64,000 nucleotides of DNA. It comes from Eledone cirrhosa. Its lineage: Eukaryota. A program made the position numbers and the translations under genes. This document shows, in pieces, positions 14,701 through 29,100 of this stretch. The notes below the pieces were generated by a model. That model ran no database searches, was not told the origin of the DNA, and saw only the letters and a program-made list of their open reading frames with translations. The stretch covers positions 389,112,001 to 389,176,000 of the forward strand of contig OZ024741.1 of assembly GCA_964016885.1 (NCBI GenBank), given 5' to 3'. How positions within the stretch are numbered: the stretch's first letter is position 1; each line of letters opens with the position of its first letter.

Positions 14701-17700
14701 AAACTTTTATTGTATTATTTTAATTGTATATCTTCCTAGCTGTTTGAATAAAGATTCTTTGTGAACCACAAATACAGAAAGTATCCAAATTTTGTTTGAA
14801 TTTACAAACCCTTGTTGCTATACTATTATTGCTCACAGTTTGCATTTGATAACCACATTTAATAAACAATTTCTTTCAAATGATCATTATTGCAGTGAGA
14901 TTTTATAATGAGATTTGGGAATTGTTTCCATTGTGACATTGTATAGTTAATGTAATTTAAAATTTGGTTTCACAATCAGTCTTTTTAAAATGCTAATATA
15001 CTTCTATTGTTGCAAAGATTACACTTCTATTGAATTGTTGCCAATTTTCTTCCCTTGAGAAAAGCCATTTTTCTGTTGTTGTTGATAGATTTTTTAATTC
15101 CTCCCCAATCTCTATCATTGAATCACACTTTATTTTTAGTTATGTAAACTTACAATTTTGCAAACATTTTCTCGTCGTTGAGTCAATAGTAATTAAGTCC
15201 TAGCTTTTTATTTCTCCTGCTTCCTAACTATCGGCATACAAAATCTCATCTTTACCAAACACATCATTCTGCCTTCATACTTTTCATGTTTTCTCTACTA
15301 ATTAAACATTACAAGTATCCACATTTCCATATAAGTCTCATAACTGTCAGTTCTTATCAGATTCTCAATACTTATGATCTGGTTATTCTACCTTGTCTTT
15401 TGCCATGATTAGTTATAATCCATAGTATTATTGTCAATTTAACTGATGGGCAGAATAAGCTTTATTCTAGAAAAATACAATTTATGTTAATGTGGGTTAC
15501 CTTTTGCATGCATATTTTGGTTGTTATTGTTCTGGTTGTATAGTCTCAGGTTAAGCTTAATCCAGCAGACCTATGATGAAAAACATTCCAACTGAGAAAT
15601 TCCCATTCTCCTGGCCTATGCAGTGTAGTGTCTAGGACTATATTGACTAACATTTCTGTCAATTTTTAAGAGAACATGGTGAGATTTGAGGGAGACTTTA
15701 ACAAGTCTAGTGACTTGAAGAGGTGTAAGCCAATGAGCCAATGAAAACATTTATATAAAGGGCAGTGGGAAGTGCCTGTAAGGTGGGGCAGTGTACCATC
15801 TCTGCTGTGAGCCAGTATTTGGGCTGTTGTGATGTCCTTGCCTTTATTTTCTCTGGAGGATGACCTTGCTCTAGTATACCATAATTTGGGCATAGTGTCA
15901 CGTAATTATGGCTTAATTTAAACTAAGGTGGTGAATTGGCAATTATTAAAGCATTGGATTAAAGGACATGGTATTTGTTTCATCTCATTATGCTCTTTTG
16001 AACAACTTTTGAAACTTTTATGCATTTTTAAAAAATGTAATGTACAGTGTATTTTGTTTCTTTTTACTTCTGCAGGTGTGGGTATTGCAGCATTAGTGCA
16101 TTTAATGTTAATTTGTATATACCAAGGTCCTGTTGTAGCAGAGGTGGCCAGTTATATGTTCATATCTGTAGCCCAGCAGCCATATCTATGGGGAACCTGT
16201 GACAATTCATGGAATACAAATTTTTGTTCCCCAGGTGTTGTAAGGTAAATTTCTTTTGTGTATGTATGCCTGTATATGTTCTATTTTATATATTAACTCT
16301 ATAGTATTTATTTTATACCATAACAGACATAGTTGATTGGTTAAGAAGTTTGCTTCTCAATCACATGTGTCTGGATTCAATTCTAATACAGACAGCACTT
16401 TCAGCAAATATTTTCTACTATAGTTTTAGGTGAAATTGTGAAAATAAAAACAGTTTGGAAGCTTATCACTCTTTTCTACTATAGTTTTAGGTGATATTGT
16501 GAAGATAAAAACAGTTTAGAAGTTTGTCACTCAGTTCTACTATAGTTTTAGGTGAAATTGAGGAGATAAAACAGTTTGGAAGTTTGTCCCACAGTCTCAT
16601 GATCAGTTGGCCTCAAAATTACAATTGTTTGTAGAATACTCAGCTACTTACACTATAATACAAGGAGTGGGTAGTCTTGTTTACTGAACAATTGGAACAT
16701 TCTTTGTCAAATCAAAATCAAACCATTTATTATGTCTTCAAGGTATGTTGTTTACAAGCCTGTGGTATTTTCATTGGAACATTGAAAGCTACTTTAAAAT
16801 GTGCTAGTTAAATATAGCTCTAAAACATGATGTTCGTAGTTTTTTACCTTTTATATCACAATTGCATTGCATGATGTTCTTCCCCAATGTCCTAATTAGT
16901 GCATCACAATAATTCTATCACATGTTGATTAGTGGTTTCATCAAATGAAAGGTGCTATAAACAACAGCCTCAAAGAAATCAATATTTCATAATGAACACT
17001 GTATTTTTTCTTCCCTACTACTTATATTTAAACATTATTGTTATTTTTTTAGTGACCTATTTTTCAATTTGTTGCAGTTCTATTACTGGTTTGCCAGAAA
17101 TGACAAAAAGATCAGCATTTGAATTCTATACGTTAGTATTATTTCTTTCTTAACTCTACTTTTTTTCTGTAATCCATTAATGACATTTTTATTGTTTTAT
17201 TTTTTAACTTTTTTTAACTTTTCTACATAGTTCACATGCAGTTATTTTGTTATTTTTCTCATAATTTTTAATTAATTTCCTCTTCTTTATCTTGTTGAAT
17301 TATCTTACAGGATCATCTGACCTAAAGTATTTGAGTACTCTTGTTTATTACAACCTTTTTAGTGAGGAACCAACAGATTTGAATGTCAATTACAAATTTC
17401 AATTGATATATTTAAAATACTCTATACTCCTCAGTTTAGAAAATACTTTATGTACATATATCTATTTTGAGGTGTATTTTGGATGAATTTATGGGTGTGA
17501 AGTTTTAAAAAAATGAGTACATGTTTCAATAAAGCAACTTGTTTTGTAAATTGATGTTTGTTTCAGGTTAGAATTCTGGCAGATGACTAATGGTATTGAT
17601 CATGTTCATGGATTCCCACATTGGAGATTCACAGAGACAGTCAGTCGGATGACCGTACCAATGTTGCCTATTGCATCTGCATCAGTCTGGCTCCTTGTAT

Positions 17701-18263
17701 TATTGATGGTAGCACTTGGAGGACGTGTCTTTGGATGGGTGAGTACCTTTTTAGTTCTGACTACTTCCTTACTCAATCTAACTTACTTATTGAAATAAAT
17801 AGATTTCCTCATTAGCATGACAACATATTTCTTCATTCCTACAACCAATACGAAGTCATCAATCATATAAATAGTATTAGTTACACACAATTTCCAGAGA
17901 AAGTGATTTACAGGCTTAATTATTCATCCAATAAAATAATTTTACTGTAATAAATTGCTACTTTATATATTAGCATCAAATAGAATATCTGATACTGAAA
18001 CTGCTCATTTTCTTTTATGTATTAATATATAAGTTCTGGTATGGGTAATGATAGTAATAATAATATTAATAGTTTGTGAGGTTTTTTTCCTTTTTGGTGG
18101 GGGTTATTGTTGTTGTTGCTACTATGATTATAAAACATGAAAGTGATCTTTTCATCATTATTATCCTTGTGGCCAAGGTGTTTTTAAGTATACTAGACCA
18201 TCATCATCATTATCAGTCATCAACATTTTACATGTGTTCCATGCTGGCATGAGCTGGAATAAA

Positions 18264-18311
<48 letters not shown>

Positions 18312-21300
18312 CATCATCATTGTCATCACTGTTTAACATCCATTTTTCCATGCTAGCATGGGTTAGACAAGTTGTCCCATTTGAGGCAAGTTGGATTGGA
18401 TGATCATGTCTTGCTTACACAGAACTGTTTCTGGCTTGGTTTCTATGGATGGATGCCCTTCCTAACATCAATCACATTTACTGTGTGTGCTGGGTGCTTT
18501 TTGTTGTGACTCCTACATGACCTCTTTAGTGTGGACTGGGTGCTTTTTGTTGTGACTCCTACATGACCTCTTTACAGTGTGGACTGGGTGCTTTTTGTTG
18601 TGACACCTACATGACCACTTTACAGCATGGGCTGGGTTCTTTATATATATATATATATATATCTCATCATCATCATTTTACGTCCGCTTTTCCCTGCATG
18701 CAAGGGTGGGACAGGTTCTATTTAGCACAGCATCTCCCCACTTGTCACGGTCCTTCGTCATCTCCTCCGTGAGCTTCAGCGATCTGAGGTCTGCTCTCAC
18801 CACCTCTGCCCATGTTTTTCGTGGTCTTCCTCTACTGTGTTTTCCATCTACTGGGATTTCTTGGCACTTCTTTACCCAGCAGTCATCCTCCATGCGCATC
18901 ACATGTCCATACCATCTCAGTCTTCTCTCCCGCACACCACAACGTATCCCTCTTATACCCAGTTTCTTTCTCAACTCACCTATGCTTCGTCATTCATGCA
19001 CATTGACATTGCACATCCAACAGAGCATGCTTGCTCCATTTCTCTCCAGCCGCATATATATATAAAAAAGGTTGGAAGTCAGTCAAATCGAAGTTGCAAC
19101 ATTTGGCCAGCATCCATGAAAAGACAATATTTGGAAGCTTTGCACGAAACAGTCAATAAGAAGATATCAATAAATTGATAGGTTACATCTCAGAGTAATA
19201 AACATACGTTAAAAGGTGTGACAAATTGAAAACTGGTTAAGGAGACAAAGCCATAGCAGCCACCACAACAATGAAAATACAATCAGGGTATATCATCATC
19301 ATAATCGTTTAATGTTCATTTTACATGAGTTAAACAGGTTGTCACATTATGAGACAAGTCAGGTCAGGAGACCCCGTCTTACTCATATGGATCTATTTTT
19401 CTGGCTTGGTTTCTATGGCTGGGTGCTCTCCCTTATGCCAAACACATTACAGTGTAGACTGGGTGCTTCTTATCATTGCACCAAAACGACCACCTTACAG
19501 GGTGGACTGGCCAATTTTTGTTGTGACCAGAACCACCTTACAGGGTGGGCCGGGTGCTTCTTGCTGCACCACCAGCACGACCACCTTACAGGGTGGACCG
19601 GGCGCTTTTTGTCATATCACCAGCACAACCACCTTACAGGGTGGACTGGTTGATTTTTGTTGTGTCACTAGCACGACCACCTTACAGGGTGGACCGGGTG
19701 CTTTTTGTTGTCATCAACACAACCACCTTGCATGGTGGACTGGACGCTTTTGTCATTTCACCAGCCTGCCCACCTTACAGAATGGGCTGATATACTGTTA
19801 TATATTTATATAACAGTTACCTCAAAAAGTATTGGAAAAGTTTAAAATATGTGCATCTCAACACAAATGACCATAATAGTAATAATCATTATAAATAGGA
19901 TAACAAGGGTGATGGATTGGCAGTATTCAGTAGAGCACTGGGCAATATGCTTTACGGCATATAGTTATATCCCTTTACATTCTGAGTTCAAAGCCTGCCG
20001 AGGTTAGCTTTGCTTTTCATCCTTATGGGAGTCAATAATATAAAGTACCAGTAATGCACTGGGGTTGATTTAATCAACTTTCTCTTCCCCTGCCAAACTT
20101 TTGGCCTTGTGCCTAAATCAGAAGCCCTTATATAAATAGGATACATTAGGGCTAATCTACCCCGGTATATCAATAACATTACAAATTAGGGTTAACTTAC
20201 AACAGCCGCTGTCTCTTAGCATTACGTGAATCCCAACAACACAAACCGGTTGTTTTTTCATTGGGAAATAACACACACACACACACTCACTCGGAGGAAA
20301 AGAATTAGGACCCCAACGGCTGAGCTCCGGCCATTTCTGCAGCTAGATTCGAACTAAGCCACCAGTCGGACTGGTGGATTAATCCAGATCTAGCTGTCGA
20401 AACAGCCGGAGCCTAGCCGTCAGGTTACTCACTCTTTTCCTATTACCCACTCTACCACCCTAAATATCGAGTACTCTAGTGCATTATGGTCCACCTGCTA
20501 TCTTACCACACCCTCTTTGTTATATATATATATGTTTGATTCCAGAGTCAGGCCAGTTTGATACAGATCAAGCCTTGAGCTGATCATTCACAAAACGCGC
20601 GTCACACCTCAATAAATGTAATGAAGATCTAGCACCTCATCCTTTTTATTGTTATCATTATTATTATTATTACACTCTGCTTAGTATAACACCAATATAC
20701 CTACTGGAAACTACACATCGAGTGCTCACTTTGGTGAACCTACAATAACTGGACATTACAATCCCAATATATATATATATATCGATATCTATATCTCTCT
20801 CTCTATATATATATATATCATCTTACTAGTCCACTCTGTTTTTGGCTTGGTTTCTATGGCTGAATGCCCATTTCTCATGCCAACCACGTTACAGCATGTA
20901 CATGGACCATTTTATTGTGACTCCAGGAAGGTGGACAGAGTGCTTTTTGTCGTGGCAACAGCACTACCACTTTACAGGGTAGACTAGATGCATTTTGTCA
21001 TGGCACCAACACTACAGATTGGACTGGGTTTCTTTGTTTAAGAGAGTTTGCGGCTATTTAAAGATGATATGATTGCTATTGCTATTGTTTAATATTGATG
21101 TCATACTTCATTTCATATCTGACACAGATGAGACATAGTTGCACAGATGCTACTTTGCTTGTCTAAATCTTGTGTCAGAGTTATTGTCATTGGTATCTTA
21201 TGAGCATATTGTTTCAAGTCTAATCCTACCTCAGTAGTAAAAAAAAAAAAATAATGATGATGATACATATTACAAAATAGTGAATGACATATATATACAT

Positions 21301-24300
21301 ATATATCTAATGATAAAAATGTACAAAGCTTTCACTATGTTGAGAGATTAGGCTGCTATTTCTAGTTGTCATTAAACCCATTCGTGTCACTGTAGACGGC
21401 AATGGCATGCATTGGATTTTTTTTATAATACCATGTGCTTCCTTTGTCATTCTCAGTTCTGTCTGACAAAGGTTAGAGATGGTCGAAAAGTAAACAAATA
21501 ATGAAGATTAACCAGAACTGACGTCATTCAAAGAGGCACAGTTGAGGTAAGATTTGCTATGGAGGAAGAGGCAAGATCTCACTCCATGAAGCCCTTACAG
21601 AGTGACGAGATCCTGCTCGTCCCAGTTTATTGTGTAATGAGGCTAGTGAGGATCAGAATTTGGCAACTACTGCCAGAAATAGCCATTCCTTGGCTAATAA
21701 CTGCAGTCATGTTAGGAAAATTCGAAATCTTGAAGGTCTACCTAACAAAGAGTTGGGAATGGGGGTTGAAATCCTTATGCAAACAATGCAAAGGAATATA
21801 GATGCCATCCTTGAACAAATACATCTTCCAGGCAGTATCATTTTACCAGTCTTAGTAGACGGGAGGAAAACCATCTACAAACTTTCTACAAACCACCTAA
21901 TTGCTTTCTGCCCTTCACTAAAAGGAAAGGAAAAAAAACTTCCACTCCTACTAACACCAAATACCTCACCATCAAATCTCAAACAACATCAACACCAGTA
22001 GCAGCAACAAAATCAAGAAAAACAGCCACACCAGCTCCATCAAGACCAACACCATGAATAATAACACCAACAGAACAAACACCACTAATGCCAATCAAGG
22101 TCATACCACTCCCCAACCTCACACAGTCAGGCTTAAATTCTGACGAGGCTAAGGAACGGCAAACAGTCTGCCCTAAAAAAAAAAAGAGAAAATCTCCCCA
22201 TCTTTACCTTAAAAAAAAGAGGGTGAAAGCAGCAAAGAAATCTTAAAAGCTAAAAGGCAAAAAACACATGTACATCTCCACCACCACAAGCACCTACTGA
22301 TTTCTTCCGATTCCTGGAAACCTTTCTAGGGACATTTCACACTTTAGTCTTAGTGGGTGACTGGAATGGTATCTTAGATAAACACAGGGTCTGTGTGGAA
22401 CTAGCAGATAAGGGAAGAAGGTGTAAAAGTGTAAAGCCTACGGAGACCAGATTAGTGAATTAGCTAAGTGGATATTGACAGAGGCAATTGTCAACAAGTG
22501 GTGGTATGCCCTGAAAGCAAGCGCCCTCTCCCAGCTGTCCTCCCTTAGTACTATAGGCACACGCCCAGGACAAGGCACATTCACACAAGCCAATCTTGCC
22601 TCTCTCACCCACCTTTCAACAAACTGGCCTAAAAGCAGCACTTCCCTCTCCACCTTGAATTTCCTTTTCAAGTGAAACCTGTAATAATTAATGAGAGCCT
22701 CGCCAGAGTGGAAAGTGCCCATCTTCAACCCTTTCAAGCACGTCCACCATAAGCTCTTTCACCGTGGCCACCAGGCAGATAAAAACTACCTGCCCTTCCT
22801 GGTTAAAGGAGGGCAGCAGGGCAATCTTCACGGTGGACTCAGTTGATAGCTGGATCTGTCCTACATGCAACAGCAGATGGTCAACATAAACTCACAACTC
22901 AGCGATACTGGATGAGTGCATGCAGGATGGTCTCGGACAGACCTGGCTGACAGCACTTCCAAGTCTGTAAAGTTTATCTCGAACTGGCACGCTCCCCGGT
23001 AGCACTGCCAGGCTAGGGATTTCTGGAAGTTATCCACTGGCCCTGGACCAAAAATCATCCGGAAGATAATAACTAGTTGGCTTTCGTCAGCACCCAGAGT
23101 TTCCCCAAGGCCGTCATCACTCTTGCTCTCCACTAACCCTCTATAGAAAGCCAAGGTGGAGTTTCTACCGATCACAATCCTAGGTCAAGTTAAAACCAAG
23201 AGGGAGTGCTTGGAATTTAGAATATCTCCAAGAGGAAGAACAACCTGAATGAAAAAGTCCTTCATAGCATCTTTTTAAAGAAAACAGAGTTCAGAGATCC
23301 ATAGATGGAACTGGTTAAAGACAGGGGACCTTAAGAAAGCCACAAATGGAATGATACTGACTGCACAGGAGCAAGCCCTTAGAATGTAGTAGATCAAATA
23401 CCATATTCACAAGGAGGGGGTAGCTTGCTCTGTAGGATCTGTGGAGAGAGAAAGAGGTAACTATGCCTCACATCGTATCCAAGTGTAAACATCTAGCCCA
23501 GACTCACTATAAAGGATGGAAGCATGATATCACAGGAAAAGTGGTTCACTGGCATTTATGCAAACTGAACAAATTACCTTATTCTGAGAAATGATATGAG
23601 CATAAGCCAGAGTCAGTGATAGAAAACGACTGGGTGAAGGGGTTATGGGGTTTCAGGATACAAATGGACAAAGGATTAGAATACAATAGGCATAACCTGG
23701 TGATTTTTGGCAAGGAAAAAAGATCTTGCTTGATAATAGATGTAGCTTGCCCCTTTGACACAAGAGTGCAAGAAAAGGAGAAAATTAACCAGTACCAGGA
23801 TTTAAATTGGGAACTGAAATGGATTTGGAATTGTCATGAGATCAAGTCAATCCCAATTGACAGGAGCACTAGGTACTATTTCAAAGAGCTTCAATGGCTG
23901 GTTAAAGAACAGCCCCCTTTTTTGGAACACTAGTGAAAGCATCCCTACTGGGAACAGCAAGGACCCTCCGATATTTCCTAAATATCTAAGGCTGCAGGTA
24001 GTGGCTCGATGTTCATTAGGGCAAATTTTCCGATTAAATAACTGAAATATCAAGGTAATAATAATAATAATAATAATAACAATAATAAACAGACTTTGAC
24101 TGTGAATTGATTCTTTAGTTCATTAATACATCATTGTTATATAAGACATAAAATATTAATGCAAACGACTGTTTCTTTTGTACTCAGAAATCTGAGGTTT
24201 TCTTCTTGTTGTTTAGATAGTGTTTTTCTGTGACCCTTATTGATAAATATTGATTTTTGAAACAATGCCACTCTTCAGTTTCTATAGCATATGAGATGTA

Positions 24301-26141
24301 CTTGTTTATTAATACATAGTTATCATTTGAATGAGATATGTCAGTTCTATGGGTGTTTTCTGTGTGTAATTACATACAAACATTGAACTTAGTAAACCAA
24401 AATTTCCTGGATCATGGGTCTCTCTCTAATATTCTCCATTTAATATATAGAAATTTCCTTCATGATTATCAAAAAAATGTGGGACACAATATGGCTAAAT
24501 ACTTAAGAAGTTCACCTCAATCTTTAGGTCCTGGATTTGATTCCACTGTGCGGCATAATGGGCAAGTGTCATTTACCATATCTTTGGGTTGACCCCTGTA
24601 ATTCAAAAGGCCAGCTTTGTCACATACTGTGAGATGCTCAACTACTTACACAGTAATTTCACAAGCAGGTTGTTCCATTGATCTAACAACAACCATCATC
24701 TCATTGGGATTTTTTTATCCCATCTAATTAAATTTTCTTAATCAAAACCTTATATATACTTGTTTTACTCTCCACTGGTTAAACCTTACTTTAATCCAGT
24801 GTTTCCCAAACTATGCACCACAAAATTTAATTAGGTGCTCTGCGAAAGAGCAAGATTCTATTTTAAAATGTGAAAAATACAAATTGAAATTAATGGCTAA
24901 CTTCATATATAACTGTCAAAGTGGAAAACAACTAAACTAAAAATGAAAACATTTCCAAAAAACATCAAACACGTGTTTCTCAAAGATTCTTCCATTTATT
25001 GACTAGAGAAGAAAATAGAAATAAATTTTTTGTGTATTTTTAATTATCTATATTTCTACTTTATTCTATGTTAATGTGTATAAATAGCTCTTGAATAAAT
25101 TTTTGAATTTAGTTTTAAAATGCACCAAAGTATTTTACTTGTTCTAAAAAGTACCAAAATATATATATATATATATTTTCATTCTAAAGCGTGCTGTGAG
25201 TAAATAAAAGGAGGAAATTGTTTCTTTTCTTTTGGGTGGGGGTGGGAGCATGCTACCGAAATTATCGACAGGAAAAATTTTAACTCCAAAGAAACCTCTA
25301 CTAAAAAACTTTTTTTTCTCTTCCTTTTTTTCTTCTTTTACAATTCCTTCAGAAATCCATTCTTTGTACACCCCCAAAGGGCCCTTTTCAATAATGTTTA
25401 TACCTATATTTGTATTTATTTTATTTCCCTTATTCTTGCTTTTATCTGCAAACCCTAAAAATAATCTTGATCTATTGACACAAGGGTATCCCACATAGAT
25501 ACACACACACCACAAGATAAAAGAAAAAAATTATATCAAGTCTTAGCTATTTTCACATACCCTTAAAATAACATTTTGACACAAACATTTGCACAATTGA
25601 ATCTCACCTAAATGTACATACACAATAAAAAATATCATCTGGATTGATATTATAAATATTTAAAGAATTTTCTATTTTAATCATGGGGATTTTCAAGTGA
25701 ATTCAATTAAATCCTGACCTGTTGAACCCCACTTCCTCCTTCAACACCTCCACCTTCATGAAAAACATATATATAAGAAGAAATTTTGACAAAAAATTCA
25801 CATATGTTCTAATTGCCACAGAATATGAGAACAAACTTTTTAAAATATTTGTTAAGATTAATATACTAATTATGTTGGTACCACAACATCCAGTCCGAAA
25901 TAAATGAGGTCGTGTAGGTGTCACGACAAAAAAAACACACAGTCCACGCTGTAATGTGGCCGTGTAGGTAACACGGTAAAAACCTCCCAGTCCACACTGT
26001 AAACGTGGTTGGTGTTAGGAAGGGCATCCAGCCGTAGAAAACCCGCCAGACAGTCCTATACGAGCAAGACAACCAATCTTGCCTCAAGTGGGAAAATTCC
26101 CGTCCAAACCCATGCAAGCATGGAAGATTGACGTTAAACGG

Positions 26142-26172
<31 letters not shown>

Positions 26173-29100
26173 ACTAACCAAAACCAGTAATATTTGACAA
26201 AATTTACATCCATTTAATCTAACAATTATAAAAATGTTCACGGAAAAAAGCACCCAGCACTCACTGTAAATGAGGTTGGTGTTAGGAAGGGCATTCAGCT
26301 GTAGAAATCAAGCCAAAATCAGTTTCCATATGAGCAAGACAAGGTCAGCCGACCTAACATTGCCCACAACCCATCTAACCCATGCTAGTGTGGAAGAATC
26401 GCTGTAAAACGATGATGATGATATGTTTGTGTGTGTGTATAAACCAGAAGAGAGAGATCAGCTTTACATATGTTTATTACATGACGCACATTTCTACAAT
26501 GATCTCCCTCAGAACCTCTTTGGGTTACATAACTGTATGGCTTGATTTGTTTGTGCACACACACATAAATAGAGAAAGGCGGAGAGAGTGGCACATGACA
26601 TTATAGACATGAATGAAACCATTTTAGAATATCTGCTCCCATTTTCTTTTTTTGTTCTTTTAACTGTATTCCATGAATTATAAAAAAAAATATTTGAACA
26701 ATTTTATAAGATTTGTGTGAATGATGGACAAAAACCTCTGGTACAATTAGTATACTATAGGTTATAATTATATAGCCTTTCTTTTTATTTTTTTTATTTT
26801 CAGATTTTAGCTATTGTTACTCCCATTGCAGTCTCCTGTACATTGGTTGTATTGGGTTATGGACTTGCACGTTTAGATCAAGAACCAACAAAAGAAATGC
26901 TGAAAATTATTTTTACAATGCCAGATTTTGAACCAAGTCTTTTTACATCTGAAGATATCTTTACAGTAAGTTATTATTATTTTTTTCATCTATGATGATG
27001 AACAGGGTGGGATTAATGATTAGGCAAAATAATCACATGCTGAGGGACCAATGGAAGCAGACCACAACAATCAGGGCTGGATTAACAATTAAGCAGAATA
27101 AGCATATGCATAGGGCATAAAGTGAAAAAAGGCACCATTTTATTCAAATTTAATGTATTTGTCATTCTTTTTCTTCTGCTGCTGCCACTTACTCTTGGGA
27201 AGTTTCGTAGGGGCAGAGTCTTCAAATACATCTTCCAGCAGGTCCTGTTAAAAGCAACTGTCTCCAATTGATCTGGCTAGATCCCCAAGCGAGACCAGCT
27301 GTGCTCATGGATGTTATTCATCTATCTTGCTTAGGATCTACCCCTGGGTCTCCTGCCAGTTGGTTTTGCCTATAAAATCTGTTGAGCAATTTTTTGCTCA
27401 GACATTCTAACTACATGCCCATAGTATCGAAGCTGTGATCTCTCAATTTGGAGAAGTAGCAGTTCTACTTGAAGCAACTCTCTGATCTTCGAGCTATACT
27501 CTCTATCAAGTAACATTACTCCAAAGACCCTTCAGAGGAACCCTATTACAGCCGCTTGTATTTGCAATCATATTACTCGAGATTCATGTGGAACTCCATT
27601 CACATATAGAGTGCACTGCACAGGCTTCCTTGAGATGACAAGTGTCTCTATTTTTTTCACAGCACTGATTTTCATTCCAGTAATTCAACACTTGGCATCA
27701 AACCTATCATGTGCATGTTGGAGATTCCCCCCCCCCCCATAAAAAAAAATTACATACAGATTTTATATTGGGGTGGGGGGCAATCTTTAAAGTAATTTGA
27801 GCCTCAAAAAGATTTAATCTGGCCCTGAAGGTGAATACTAGAAGTTGATAATCAATGGTTTCCCCAAATCAGATTTACTGATAGCTAATAGCTTTAGTCA
27901 GCTTTAGCTTTCATCTTGTCTTGGTAGTCAATAAGGTGTTGACATTTTACTGTGGAATAGTAGTTGCCAGTAAGTCAGGCATGCTATTCCAGTTTCTCTT
28001 CCTATCATTTACATTTCTTATATTCTTTGGAAGAAGAGTATGGCTGCCATCATTGACATTTAGTCTCTTCTCTTCCTCAGTGAGTATTAGAATCATTAAT
28101 TCTAATACACATTGAAGAACATTAATTGTTAAATGAGGAAGAAAATTTAGACATTTAACTTTTTATATCCTCTAATGATTTATTTAGTAACAGTTTTGTT
28201 AATTCAAATGTTTATAATACATTTACTAATGGAAAGATTATTGTGATAATTTTCAGTATTAGTATAGACTTCAATTTTTAATGTGATGCAGTCATTGTGC
28301 TGTTTTGCACTTTTCGTAAATATCTTGCTAATGCAGTTTCGTGGCTGACATATATGGCTGACAAGCTCATACTTTGCTGAAGAATTATCCACAGGAAGAG
28401 TCTCCATGTAAAAAAAAACAATTCTAAATCATCTCTTCCACCCTACCATATGAAACAGTTGAAAATATTCTAAATCTTCTATAAAATGATATTGTAGTAG
28501 TTTAACATGATAGTTTTATAGATAACTTTTTTCACAAGAATATATGTATTAATTTAATCTTTCGTTATTTTCCAGAAATGCATGAGTTCTTTTGTACACA
28601 TTCAAATGGCTTTGCCATTATGGTTTGGAATTGCTCCAACAATGGGTAAAATGACAGGCTTTGGGAAAATTCATAAAAATGTGTAAGTTATTCTGATTTT
28701 ATGATGCACTTAAAAAAATGTGTAAGTCAAATACTTTTGATTATTGTGATGAATTTCTTGGCATAAATATCGTTGTAACTCCCAAACTGAGGTTCCGCTG
28801 TAAGATGGGTTCGGTGTGGCCAACTGGCCTATCCCTCCTCATAACAGTGCCCTCCAGTTTCAGGTTCCCAATATGGTTCCGCTGTGAGAAGGGTTCGGCA
28901 TGGCCAACTGGCCTGTCCATCCTCATAGTGGTGCCATCCAGTTCTACACTGTAAATGTGGCTGCAGCCCCCAAACCATAGGTCTACTGTGAGAACTGCGA
29001 TTCTGCTGTGAGAAGGGTGAGGCATGGCCAACTAACCTGTCCCTCCTCATAACAGTGCTATCCAATTCTCTAATTTTCACCATATTTCTAATAAAATACA

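Noticed and set aside
17311-17486. Extra exon after cttacag at 17310
   Set aside because: Exons 4 and 5 join in phase without it, it has no SLC6 similarity, and it has no convincing donor.
19486-19790. CRISPR-like array
   Set aside because: Eukaryotic context, degenerate repeats, non-unique spacers, and it lies inside an RTE 3'UTR.
20360-20410. Hammerhead ribozyme in the LTR hairpin (cgaaac present)
   Set aside because: No CUGANGA core at the correct position; a simple long hairpin explains it better.
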